Below are positions 6,777 through 15,717 of a DNA stretch of 64,000 nt, piece by piece. Position numbers and translations under genes: made by a program. Below the pieces are notes generated by a model. It did not search any database. It had not been told where the DNA came from and was given only the letters and a program-made list of their open reading frames with translations. Within the stretch, counting starts at the first letter, position 1. Each line of letters begins with the position of its first letter. Location of the stretch: sequence record OR892555.1, one strand, 5' to 3'. The DNA comes from Escherichia phage EP1.

Positions 6777-7302
6777 GTTTAACCTTTTTGATGTTTGTTG
6801 CAAACTCACATTGAGCAAGCACCTTCATGTTATTGTACACATCTTGAGAGTATTGTCTAGCTTTTGGAATGTGGTATGAGTATCCTGCATTATATGAAGC
6901 CAAGACACGCTGTAAAGAGTATTTCCCATTAGGATTACCATGAACCTTAGTCCAGAACTGAAGCTCTTTGTGTGTCTCCTTTGCAGCATAATCGAAGTCT
7001 CTGACAAGTTTCTTCTTAGCTACATTTGGGTTAACTTTGTTACGCTTTACAACAGTCTTCAAGTGATTCTGGAACAATCCATAATCGTGAGTCTTTTTAT
7101 TTTCAAGACGAAGACCTAACTCTGACTCTTGTAAGGCTATAGCGGCTAAGGTTAATCCCCAACCTTTACCCATCTCTTTCTCACCGTAGTGATAAGCTTT
7201 AAGCATGTTTGTTTTCTGACTGATGGATAATTCTGGACAGTCTGAAGCGACTGCCAGATGTGCTGTTAAGAATAAGCACAAACCTAAAATGAACTTCTTC
7301 AT
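6751..7302 (-). CDS. secreted lytic transglycosylase (SLT domain) with cleavable signal peptide; candidate endolysin
   Basis: signal peptide MKKFILGLCLFLTAHLAVA; SLT motifs ES, GLFQ and SYNAG in order. Confidence 0.7.
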   Translation of the reverse strand: MKKFILGLCLFLTAHLAVASDCPELSISQKTNMLKAYHYGEKEMGKGWGLTLAAIALQESELGLRLENKKTHDYGLFQNHLKTVVKRNKVNPNVAKKKLVRDFDYAAKETHKELQFWTKVHGNPNGKYSLQRVLASYNAGYSYHIPKARQYSQDVYNNMKVLAQCEFATNIKKVKHERIKTIG

Positions 7303-7361
7303 TGGTTCTCCTATTTAGTTCAACATGCAAGCAATTATACACTAATCTTCACAAAACACAA

Positions 7362-7388
7362 ATAAAAAAGGCTGCCGAAGCAGCCCTT
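7362..7388 (-). terminator. rho-independent terminator (GGCTGC-cgaa-GCAGCC then U-run) after rIIB-like gene
   Basis: stem-loop and T-tract read directly. Confidence 0.6.
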
Positions 7389-7402
7389 TAAGAATTTACT
7401 TA

Positions 7403-8512
7403 TCAGATTTCACGTTTACGTTGAGAAATCAATTCACCAGCAGTACCTACAACAACATGCAGTGCTTCAGATTTGCCATCCCATTCTTTGACAACCTGAC
7501 GCTGACCATTCACGATTGCTGCAACTTCATAACGGGAAGCTCGCATTTTCATATCATGGTAATCAGTTGGTACAGATACAACGTCTCGTGGATGTACACG
7601 AACTTTCAGGATAGTATCACCAGAGAAGCTACGTACATAATCCCAAGCACCGACATGCAGACCTTGAGAGCAAGTTACTGTACGGTCATTATCAACCATC
7701 CAGCGTGGCATCTCTACAACGTTACCCAAATCGTTAGGAACTTTGCATGTACGGGAGTCAAACAGCTTACCACCACGAGTTGTAACTTTCTTCCAACCGA
7801 TGATATAACCTTCTTCATCAATCTCAACATCAAGGTGAGATACAAAGCCCCAAAGTTGTTCTACAGAATCTTTGGATGGGTTTTCCATCAGTTTTTCGAA
7901 GAATGCTACCAGACGTTTAAAGCCATCATCACCAACTTTCATCATGTCCAGAATACGGTCTACCAGAGTGGAACGCATTTGAACAGCACCGTAGTACAGG
8001 TTATCACCTTTGATAGTGATTGCACCCTGAGTGAAGTTCTCGATAGACTTACGAATGTTCATCAGTTCGAAAGCTTTCTTGTACTCACCACCTACAACAG
8101 CCATCACGATTTCTTTGTAGTTAGGATGGGTAGATTCAACGATTTCAGAATCTGCACCGAAAGTCATGATAACAGAATCACCAGTAATCATGTACTCAAT
8201 CTGGTTGCCATTCTGCATCGCTTCATGCAGTTGGTTAACAGGTTCCTTCTTCACTGCCTCTTTAACAGCCTTGGCAACTGGCTTAGTAGCCGTCTTCTTA
8301 GCAGACTTTGCAATCTGTTTCAGAGTCTGCTTAGCTGACTTAGAAGATGCTTTCTTAGCACCTTTCAGTGTTGCTTCGTGACGTTCTACAGCACGACCAA
8401 CGGAACGAGTAGAAGTGTTATACTTCATTGCAATGGCAGTTTTGGTAAGTTTACCTTCCTGAACCAGTGCGTAGATTTCTGCGTCGATTTGTGCTTTAGT
8501 TTTAGTAGTCAT
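7403..8512 (-). CDS. rIIB: rIIB-like protein
   Basis: 369-aa ORF immediately downstream of rIIA with basic Lys/Ala-rich N-terminal region; call rests on position and size. Confidence 0.5.
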   Translation of the reverse strand: MTTKTKAQIDAEIYALVQEGKLTKTAIAMKYNTSTRSVGRAVERHEATLKGAKKASSKSAKQTLKQIAKSAKKTATKPVAKAVKEAVKKEPVNQLHEAMQNGNQIEYMITGDSVIMTFGADSEIVESTHPNYKEIVMAVVGGEYKKAFELMNIRKSIENFTQGAITIKGDNLYYGAVQMRSTLVDRILDMMKVGDDGFKRLVAFFEKLMENPSKDSVEQLWGFVSHLDVEIDEEGYIIGWKKVTTRGGKLFDSRTCKVPNDLGNVVEMPRWMVDNDRTVTCSQGLHVGAWDYVRSFSGDTILKVRVHPRDVVSVPTDYHDMKMRASRYEVAAIVNGQRQVVKEWDGKSEALHVVVGTAGELISQRKREI

Positions 8513-8591
8513 CTTATTACTCTCTCTTGTTAGTTAATATTACTTAGTGGTTCGTATTCTAAGGGGCTTTTCAGCCCCTGTCAAACTGTTT

Positions 8592-10958
8592 TTAATCGAA
8601 AGCCTGAGTTCCTTCAGGAATGCACTTAACATCAAATCCTAAGAACTGACCAACTTCAACAGGACTTACTTTATTCCAGTCTAAGTTAGAAAGCAAGAAG
8701 TTTTCTGCTTTACGTGCTGTGAAGTACACATTCAACTTCTGCTTAATACGTTCTCTTGCATTGTAGATTGCAGAGTGTACCTTACTCTTAGCTCTTGTCA
8801 AGCGTTGTAAGTCATGCAGAACACTTGTAACGTCCTTATAAGCAATCGGTGAAGCGACATAAGCCAGCTTACCAAACATTGCTTCTACAGCATCTTCATT
8901 CCCTTCCAAGAAGATACGTTTGCTGTAATCAGTACTGTAGACATAACCTCTTGAGCACTTCTTATCACCAAACTGGAACGTTCTTGCAATAACACCTTTA
9001 TCAGTGATATCACAGTTTGAACTACACCATTCACGAGTTACAAAGCGGTTAAACTCAATCCAGTGAATGTCAGTGATAGAATCTTTGAAGACTTGCTGAT
9101 TCACCTCTAACCAGTCTTCAGGGATTTTCTTCCAGTTTGCTTTACGGAACACATAAACTGACTGTCCAGTTAAACGTGCAGATACCTTAGCAGCCGCCTC
9201 TGGAGAACAGTTAAATATACCACCAAGAACCTCATCACTTTGAGCCTTGATATAATACTGAGGTTCTTCAATATCATCAAAGTTTTCTTTCACTTCTCCA
9301 TAGGACACTCCATGCTCATGTACAGAAGCTTTGTAGAGTTTTACAACACCACGAGTCACGGTACGCTTCACATAGTGATGCTCTTTGTCAGACATTTTAA
9401 CAATCGTCAACAGACTCTTATCAAGCATGTGAAGACTGATAAAATCATCTAACTCTTTCTCATCAGAGAAGACGTATACAATACCATTATAGCGACGGAA
9501 GTTTGAATCTTCATTTTCACGGTCACGGCAAGCTCCACGAATAATTTGATTACGCCCTACAGTTTTTTCAGTACCATTTTTGTTTCTACGGTCATTAATG
9601 AGGAACAAATAGTTAATCATTTTGTTCTTACTCATTGCTCCGAAGATACTGAAGTTTGCACCCTCCTGAGTGTACAACGCTGAAGTAGCACGAATTTTGT
9701 TCTCAAGCTGGCTGTACTTAAAGTATGCAACAGGTTCATAAAGATTGCCAATCACTGGAATATGATTACCACTCTTATCAACAACCAAAGCTCCTGAATC
9801 ATCAGTCGCAAACTTTGGAGTACCGTCTTGATTACTTAATTGTCCTTGACGAATCTTTAAAAGTTTCTGCTCAAGGTTACTTAAGTTCTGACCATTCCAC
9901 TCAAGACGGGTAAACACATGCTGGAAGATTTCACGAGAGTTAGCTCGCAAGTCTGCATAAGCCTGTGCTGCATCTACCAGAGTTGGTTCGTCAGCAATAC
10001 GTTTTACCACATCTTCTACAATTGTTGCAGTAATCTTTTTAACTGCATCTGTAATTGCTTTCTTGGTGGTCTCATTCATCTGCAATGCTTCACGAGATGC
10101 AGCGATAGCCACTGAACCAATCGGCATGTAGATGTTAACAAGGTCTACAGCGTTACGGAAGAATGTAGGAAGAACATTGGTGAACTCTGCACCAAGCAAG
10201 TCTCCTAAGTCAACAGGATAAGCAATGTTACCCATGACAACGTTGAAATTTGTCTGGTTATTACTTGAACGCCAGTTCTCTTTATACTTCATCGCATCGT
10301 AAACACCGTCTTCACGAACAATAGTGGTCATCTCACTGAGAATGTCACGATACTCTACGTTGCATTCTGGCTTCAGTTTGAAGTAAGAGAATACGTTGCT
10401 CGCTTCTTCATGGAACTTCTGAATACGATGGTCAGCCACTGCAACACGAACTGCTAAACCGTTTGGTTCGGTGGTCTGGTTAGTCGTCAGCTTAGTAACT
10501 TGAGGAATACCATTCTCAAGATATACAGAGTACTTATTAACCACGCCGTCTACGTAGCTGGACACGGTGAATGATTGTGCAATTGCAAAAGGTGACTTTG
10601 AACCAATACCCATAGCACCGATGTAGTCGTTTGAGTCATTCTTAGTAGAAGCTCCATAGTTCAGGTACAGAGACATAACCTTCTCATGAGTCAGACCAGT
10701 ACCAAAATCACGAACTTCAAAGTATGGGTCAAAACGAGTTGGCAGGTGTACACGGAACGGTACATTCTCTTTTCCAGCTTCTTTGTGAGTATCTACAGCA
10801 TTACAAGATAACTCACGAATTACAGCACGTTCTTTAAAGGTATAAACACCTGAACTTAACAGGCTGAACATTTCAGGAGTCATCGTGATAGATGCCTGAG
10901 AAGTTTCTAATGAAGATGAACTCTTAATCACCTCTGCGTGGTCATTTACCATGCGCAT
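8592..10958 (-). CDS. rIIA: rIIA-like protein with GHKL (histidine-kinase-like) ATPase domain
   Basis: 788 aa; N-terminal NAVD...FEVRDFGTGL...GAMGIGSKSPF matches GHKL N, G1 and G2 boxes; followed by rIIB-sized partner. Confidence 0.75.
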   Translation of the reverse strand: MRMVNDHAEVIKSSSSLETSQASITMTPEMFSLLSSGVYTFKERAVIRELSCNAVDTHKEAGKENVPFRVHLPTRFDPYFEVRDFGTGLTHEKVMSLYLNYGASTKNDSNDYIGAMGIGSKSPFAIAQSFTVSSYVDGVVNKYSVYLENGIPQVTKLTTNQTTEPNGLAVRVAVADHRIQKFHEEASNVFSYFKLKPECNVEYRDILSEMTTIVREDGVYDAMKYKENWRSSNNQTNFNVVMGNIAYPVDLGDLLGAEFTNVLPTFFRNAVDLVNIYMPIGSVAIAASREALQMNETTKKAITDAVKKITATIVEDVVKRIADEPTLVDAAQAYADLRANSREIFQHVFTRLEWNGQNLSNLEQKLLKIRQGQLSNQDGTPKFATDDSGALVVDKSGNHIPVIGNLYEPVAYFKYSQLENKIRATSALYTQEGANFSIFGAMSKNKMINYLFLINDRRNKNGTEKTVGRNQIIRGACRDRENEDSNFRRYNGIVYVFSDEKELDDFISLHMLDKSLLTIVKMSDKEHHYVKRTVTRGVVKLYKASVHEHGVSYGEVKENFDDIEEPQYYIKAQSDEVLGGIFNCSPEAAAKVSARLTGQSVYVFRKANWKKIPEDWLEVNQQVFKDSITDIHWIEFNRFVTREWCSSNCDITDKGVIARTFQFGDKKCSRGYVYSTDYSKRIFLEGNEDAVEAMFGKLAYVASPIAYKDVTSVLHDLQRLTRAKSKVHSAIYNARERIKQKLNVYFTARKAENFLLSNLDWNKVSPVEVGQFLGFDVKCIPEGTQAFD

Positions 10959-10991
10959 AATAACTTTCCTCTTGGGTTGTTTGATGCAGAG

Positions 10992-11020
10992 ACTTTAAAG
11001 AACTCTGCACCGATTGTCAA
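10992..11020 (-). promoter_or_regulatory. sigma70-like promoter upstream of rIIA (TTGACA-17 nt-TAAAGT on minus strand)
   Basis: consensus -35, TAnnnT -10, GAGGA RBS 8 nt before the rIIA ATG. Confidence 0.4.
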
Positions 11021-11025
11021 TTGAT

Positions 11026-11199
11026 TTAGTTATGTTTCTTTCCAGTTCCGCCACAATAAGGGCAGCAACCATAACTTACCAGACCTGTACCATCACAATC
11101 TTCACACTCTTCTGCACCAAAATAGTGTTTAGCCAGAAGGTATCCAATTACAATCAGGCCACCAAATGACAGGATTAACTCTAACCAATAACCTTGCAT
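11026..11199 (-). CDS. possible small membrane protein (57 aa) with two CxxCxGxG zinc-finger motifs
   Basis: hand translation MQGYWLELILSFGGLIVIGYLLA...CEDCDGTG...CPYCGGTG; start overlaps the upstream stop in a different frame. Confidence 0.3.
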   Translation of the reverse strand: MQGYWLELILSFGGLIVIGYLLAKHYFGAEECEDCDGTGLVSYGCCPYCGGTGKKHN

Positions 11200-11516
11200 A
11201 ACTTCTCTCCAACATGTTTGTACAGAATGAAACTACGGTCATGAACAATACTTGAGGCAACTGCAAAGTTCTCTTCCAGTATTGCTTTGTTCGGATTATA
11301 GAATCCGTCTAAGAATTGGTCAAGTGCTAATTGGTGATTTTGTGGAAGACCTTTTACATAAATCTTCATAGATAGCGTGGCAACCGCTTCACATTGAAGC
11401 TCATCTCGTGCTGCTACCAAGATTTGGTTAATGAACTTGTGACCATCTTCAGGACGCTTGATATTATCCCAATTCTCTTCTAAGACCATGTTGATGTTCA
11501 TCTGTTTGATTTTCAT
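11181..11516 (-). CDS. hypothetical protein
   Basis: 111-aa ORF. Confidence 0.5.
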   Translation of the reverse strand: MKIKQMNINMVLEENWDNIKRPEDGHKFINQILVAARDELQCEAVATLSMKIYVKGLPQNHQLALDQFLDGFYNPNKAILEENFAVASSIVHDRSFILYKHVGEKLCKVIG

Positions 11517-11728
11517 AGAACCCCCGCAACAAATTTCTTAAACTTTTTACGCAGCTTTCTGATTTGCTTTCTTGTAGGCTTTACACAGAATTGGTGGCTT
11601 TCAATAATAGCTTGTCTGTCATCAGGCAAGTCAGCTTCTGTGAACCAAAGCACCCAATAAGATTCTTGATACCCTCCGAAACAACTTTGACTACCAGCAG
11701 TGAAGTATAAATCTGTTTTGAACTCCAT
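11513..11728 (-). CDS. hypothetical protein
   Basis: 71-aa ORF, start overlaps terminator-proximal region. Confidence 0.45.
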   Translation of the reverse strand: MEFKTDLYFTAGSQSCFGGYQESYWVLWFTEADLPDDRQAIIESHQFCVKPTRKQIRKLRKKFKKFVAGVL

Positions 11729-11743
11729 AACATTCTCCAGAAA

Positions 11744-11768
11744 TTAAAAAGGCTCCCGTAGGAGCCTC
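11744..11768 (-). terminator. rho-independent terminator (GGCTCC-cgta-GGAGCC then U-run) after the Nampt-family gene
   Basis: read directly. Confidence 0.6.
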
Positions 11769-11781
11769 TTATAATACTTAT

Positions 11782-13599
11782 TTAAAGCTGTCTGTCAATA
11801 ACATTTCGTACATCACGAAGATTAACGTAGCCATATGGCTGAGAGTCACAGAATACCAACTTCAGAGCACACTGAGGGTTATCTAGTACGCTTTCAAATT
11901 CTGCAAAACCAAAACCATCTACAGCTTCCAGCTTATCACCATCCCACATAGGGACTACACCGCCAAAAGCAGACTTCTTCAGACCACTATCAGTTTTAGG
12001 GTCTTTTGCCAGCATGATTTCTTCCCCATCTATCTGTGCAAGAGTTGCTTTGACAGCGAATGCAAAGGTATCACGAGTCAGGTACTGGTAAGTGTATGAA
12101 CCAACACCAAAAACAACGTTAGAACTTGCAAAGCCCTTTTCAGCAAGACGACTAAGAATCTCTTCAGCACGTTCCAGAGTGATAGAATCACCGTAGATTA
12201 AGCCAATGTGCTCATCAAGAACTTTGTAGCCTTTAGAGTTTACAGTTCCACCAAAGATATTGTACAGAGTCTTGATAGCACCATCAATTTCTGCTGTCAG
12301 CATACGTTTAACAACAACTTTACCAGTCTTGTAAGTTTCTTTCAGGTTAACTGTATCAGCAACGTTAAAGTCTTCTGCATCAACAACTAACTCATAACCT
12401 TCAGAGATTAGCCAAGCAGAGAAACCATAACCCATATCTGTCATGTTACAATTCAAGATTGCATCAAGCAGATAAGTATTGTCAGGAGAAATGGTTGACA
12501 TGTGTTTGTAATACATACTCTTAGCATTTTCCCATTCAATTGCACGATAACCAGTAACAATGTGTACAGGGTCACCGGAATCTGGACGGATTACCAGTTT
12601 ACCGTCACGTTTCAGGATTACTTCACGAAGTTCTGGAAGAATCTGTGTAACAGTGCGCCAGAAGTTATAAGTATCTGAAACCACACTTGCAATGCCAGTT
12701 GGGTAAACATCAACTAACAGATGTTCGAAGGTGTCTACTTCACCGCGCCAACGCATTGCATCTAACAGGTTTTCAGACTGCATAAGATGCCAATCACTAA
12801 CCTCTTTAGATGTACCATTCCATGAGATGTTTGCACACATCACAGAGTGTTCAGTTGCTGGTACAGAGTTGCCAATATCACTTACAGTCATGAACTGACC
12901 ATATGCACGTTTAGCAGTATACACAGCAGGGAAGCTGTCAGTGCCTTTAAAGCTGGTCAGGTGACCTACAGCATTGAAAGCATCATCTGTAAAGCCAGAC
13001 ATACCACGCATTGCAAAGTCGTGACACTGCCAAGGTAGATGGAAGTCATTATCACAGGTCTTATCAGCCCAAGATTTACAAATACGTTTGTAATGCAGTG
13101 CAATAGTTGCAATGGTACAAGCTTTCCAGATTTCAGCAGAGAAAGCATCTTCCAGATAACCAGCTACCCAATGGAAACCTTCGACGGTATTTTTGAAGAT
13201 AATCATTGGAACGCGCATAGGAACGATTGTACCTTCTTCAACAGAGTACACTGCAACTGGCAGATAACCTAAGTCATGAAGTTCTTCCCAATGATGACGC
13301 TTGATAGCATCTGCACCAAGAACACCATTCATTATTTCCAAGATTTCATCAACTGCTTCTTTCTTATCACGTTCAAAGAAAGTTGCGTTCCAATGGTCTA
13401 CTAAGTAATCTTTAACGAAACGTTGAATACCAAAAGCAACTACACCGTCAGTCTCCAAAGGGGTGTTAAACCATTTGTCACCACGAGGTGTCAGGTTCAG
13501 CATCAGATACTGAGTTGCACTCGGATACTGGTAGATGTGACCAGCTTTATAAGCATCTGCATTAAGACCTGCTGGAACTGCATAGATTGATTTAGACAT
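11782..13599 (-). CDS. nicotinamide phosphoribosyltransferase-family enzyme (Nampt/NadV-like, or nicotinamide ADP-ribose transferase of a NAD+ reconstitution pathway)
   Basis: 605-aa ORF with overall Nampt-family character; paired with a Prs-family gene; exact substrate cannot be decided by eye. Confidence 0.75.
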   Translation of the reverse strand: MSKSIYAVPAGLNADAYKAGHIYQYPSATQYLMLNLTPRGDKWFNTPLETDGVVAFGIQRFVKDYLVDHWNATFFERDKKEAVDEILEIMNGVLGADAIKRHHWEELHDLGYLPVAVYSVEEGTIVPMRVPMIIFKNTVEGFHWVAGYLEDAFSAEIWKACTIATIALHYKRICKSWADKTCDNDFHLPWQCHDFAMRGMSGFTDDAFNAVGHLTSFKGTDSFPAVYTAKRAYGQFMTVSDIGNSVPATEHSVMCANISWNGTSKEVSDWHLMQSENLLDAMRWRGEVDTFEHLLVDVYPTGIASVVSDTYNFWRTVTQILPELREVILKRDGKLVIRPDSGDPVHIVTGYRAIEWENAKSMYYKHMSTISPDNTYLLDAILNCNMTDMGYGFSAWLISEGYELVVDAEDFNVADTVNLKETYKTGKVVVKRMLTAEIDGAIKTLYNIFGGTVNSKGYKVLDEHIGLIYGDSITLERAEEILSRLAEKGFASSNVVFGVGSYTYQYLTRDTFAFAVKATLAQIDGEEIMLAKDPKTDSGLKKSAFGGVVPMWDGDKLEAVDGFGFAEFESVLDNPQCALKLVFCDSQPYGYVNLRDVRNVIDRQL

Positions 13600-13643
13600 G
13601 TTTTAATCTCTCTCAAAGTGGGGCTTAAAAGCCCCTGATTAAT

Positions 13644-14525
13644 TTAATAAATGTTTGCTACAGTTACTTGACCGAAATGAGTCAGACCACGGTCTTTCAC
13701 ACTACCTAAAGAATCTGTAGTGTAGATGTGTGAAATACCATTGTCAAGTAGGTTTTCAACACCTTTTGAGAAAATACCATGTGTTACATACAGTTCAACT
13801 TTAGCTGCTCCAGCTTCACGAAGATACTTGGCTGCTTCAATGAAGGTACGACCACCATCACAGATATCATCAATGATGAGTACAGTTTTACCAGTAAGGT
13901 CTACATCATCAAGCAGACGCATACCTGTAATCTCACCAGTCTTAAGGTCTCGAACCTTAGCCATTGTTACGTAAGGCTTATCAACCTCTTTAGCCGTCTC
14001 TGCAATCTTCTTAGCTGCTCCTGCATCTGGTGCTACCAAGAAATCAATGGTAGGCTCACTGGCATAATGTGCTGCAACATCTTTTTGATGGATGTTTTGG
14101 AAGCATTTGAATAGGTTGTCTGCAACGTCACTGTGAGCATCCAGAGCACATACTGCATCAAAATCCATTGCATTTACCAGATTAGCAAACACTTTAAGTG
14201 CTGCTGCATCACCTTTAAACATGTGACGGTCATATCTAGCATTTGGCAGATAAGCAAAAATAACAGTTTTCATAGTTGCTTTCTGAGGAATCATTTTGTC
14301 AATTGCCTCTTTTGCCAGAGCTAAAGCAAACAAGGTGTCTTTGTCATAACCCTGTACAGTGAAGATGACGTTCTCAATATTGGAAGCATTCTTTTCAGCA
14401 TAGGTCACTAGGTCTTCAGAGAAGTTACCACCAATTTCTCCAGACGGGAACTGGATAATGTTGAACTCTTCTTGGTGAGCACCTTTTTTCTGTGAATGCA
14501 ACAGTACGCTAATAATAGTTTTCAT
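13644..14525 (-). CDS. ribose-phosphate pyrophosphokinase-family enzyme (Prs-like, or ADP-ribose pyrophosphokinase of a NAD+ reconstitution pathway)
   Basis: 293 aa; Prs-type motifs DAHSD and PRPP-binding loop VLIIDDICDGGRT. Confidence 0.8.
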   Translation of the reverse strand: MKTIISVLLHSQKKGAHQEEFNIIQFPSGEIGGNFSEDLVTYAEKNASNIENVIFTVQGYDKDTLFALALAKEAIDKMIPQKATMKTVIFAYLPNARYDRHMFKGDAAALKVFANLVNAMDFDAVCALDAHSDVADNLFKCFQNIHQKDVAAHYASEPTIDFLVAPDAGAAKKIAETAKEVDKPYVTMAKVRDLKTGEITGMRLLDDVDLTGKTVLIIDDICDGGRTFIEAAKYLREAGAAKVELYVTHGIFSKGVENLLDNGISHIYTTDSLGSVKDRGLTHFGQVTVANIY

Positions 14526-14537
14526 CTTTAATCTCTC

Positions 14538-14825
14538 TCAATCAAAAGTTACAAAGGTCACAGCCATAGCTGTTTTACATTTTTGTGGATTCACATCATG
14601 ATAGATGACTGAACAGTTGCCTGTTCCATCTGGTACTGGTTTTGTCCAAGTACGTCGAATACGTGGTTCACCAAGTTCACAAAGTTCTTTGTAGAATCCA
14701 TTTGTGTGATGGTCAATCATCTCAATAGCTAATGAGTCTGGTACATGACCACGAATCATATACATCTCACAACCATTACCAGCATCACTTACAAGTTCTT
14801 TTATTTCCCAATCTGTTCTAGCCAT
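14538..14825 (-). CDS. hypothetical protein
   Basis: 95-aa ORF. Confidence 0.5.
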   Translation of the reverse strand: MARTDWEIKELVSDAGNGCEMYMIRGHVPDSLAIEMIDHHTNGFYKELCELGEPRIRRTWTKPVPDGTGNCSVIYHDVNPQKCKTAMAVTFVTFD

Positions 14826-15333
14826 GATAAGTCGCCCTATAAACTGTCTCGAACTTCAACAAGAGAGATATTGCCAGAACTGCATATTCCTTGTCAAGCA
14901 TTGATGGCATATTATTTTTAAGATAATCTTTTTGTTCTTCATAGGTCATCTTAGGAGTGTTCATAATAGTCTCTCCCTGCTTCTGGTTATCAAGCTGAGT
15001 CTGGATAAACCAGTTAGAGCAATGATGCTCACCACCCTTTGTGACGGGCTTGTGGTGGCCTAATGTAAAGGCTTGCTTGCCAGAGTATCTGCATAGCTTA
15101 TTAAGTACTGCAATAGTATTCTTGACAACACAGTACTCATATAGGTTATCTATGGTGTAATGAGGGTAGTATCTGAAGAGTGATTTGTCACGGAAGCTTC
15201 CACGATTCCAAAGAACCATGTGATTAGAGTTTGAAGGGTCATATTTATGAGAGTCTATAAATTCTTGACGCTCATCAAAGTCAAGACGTAGAACAGACAT
15301 TGCAGCAGAACGTTTAAGATTTGAAAGATACAT
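14818..15333 (-). CDS. putative HNH-family endonuclease
   Basis: GHHKPVTKGGEHHCSNW...LDNQKQG resembles the HNH core (HH..P...GG...N). Confidence 0.35.
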   Translation of the reverse strand: MYLSNLKRSAAMSVLRLDFDERQEFIDSHKYDPSNSNHMVLWNRGSFRDKSLFRYYPHYTIDNLYEYCVVKNTIAVLNKLCRYSGKQAFTLGHHKPVTKGGEHHCSNWFIQTQLDNQKQGETIMNTPKMTYEEQKDYLKNNMPSMLDKEYAVLAISLLLKFETVYRATYHG

Positions 15334-15385
15334 GTTTTCTCCAAAATAAAAAGGGAACCTTTTACAGTCCCCTCATAGTACAATC

Positions 15386-15706
15386 TTACTGAGTAGCTTT
15401 CAAGGTTTTAATGAAAACCTCTTCACCTACATCTGCTTTAACATCTTCAGTAAGTTTAATAGTGTGGTTTGTGCAGATAATCTTTTTAGCCCTCTTGTCG
15501 TAAGTTAACTTCAGTTTTTCAATGCCATATGAAGATTTTTCATCAACACTTAAATCATTGTACATTTTTACGGCTTGCTTAAATGGTGTATATGTACCAC
15601 CATCACCTAAGAAACCAGTGCCACAATACAGTGCATCGTGTTTGTCGTGCATGAACCCACACAGAACTGCAATCTGAATCTTACGAGTGTTATAAATCTT
15701 GCTCAT
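15386..15706 (-). CDS. hypothetical protein
   Basis: 106-aa ORF. Confidence 0.45.
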   Translation of the reverse strand: MSKIYNTRKIQIAVLCGFMHDKHDALYCGTGFLGDGGTYTPFKQAVKMYNDLSVDEKSSYGIEKLKLTYDKRAKKIICTNHTIKLTEDVKADVGEEVFIKTLKATQ

Positions 15707-15717
15707 GGCAATTTTCC

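Noticed and set aside
6777-6818. Longer N-terminus of the HAD-like protein as given in the ORF track
   Set aside because: The track start corresponds to a TTG codon and overlaps the upstream transglycosylase gene by about 68 nt; the first in-frame ATG (6776) is preferred, though the true start remains uncertain.
8592-10958. GHKL-ATPase protein as a type II topoisomerase subunit
   Set aside because: No TOPRIM or DNA-gate segments follow the ATPase module, and the gene is paired with an rIIB-sized partner; rIIA is the better fit.
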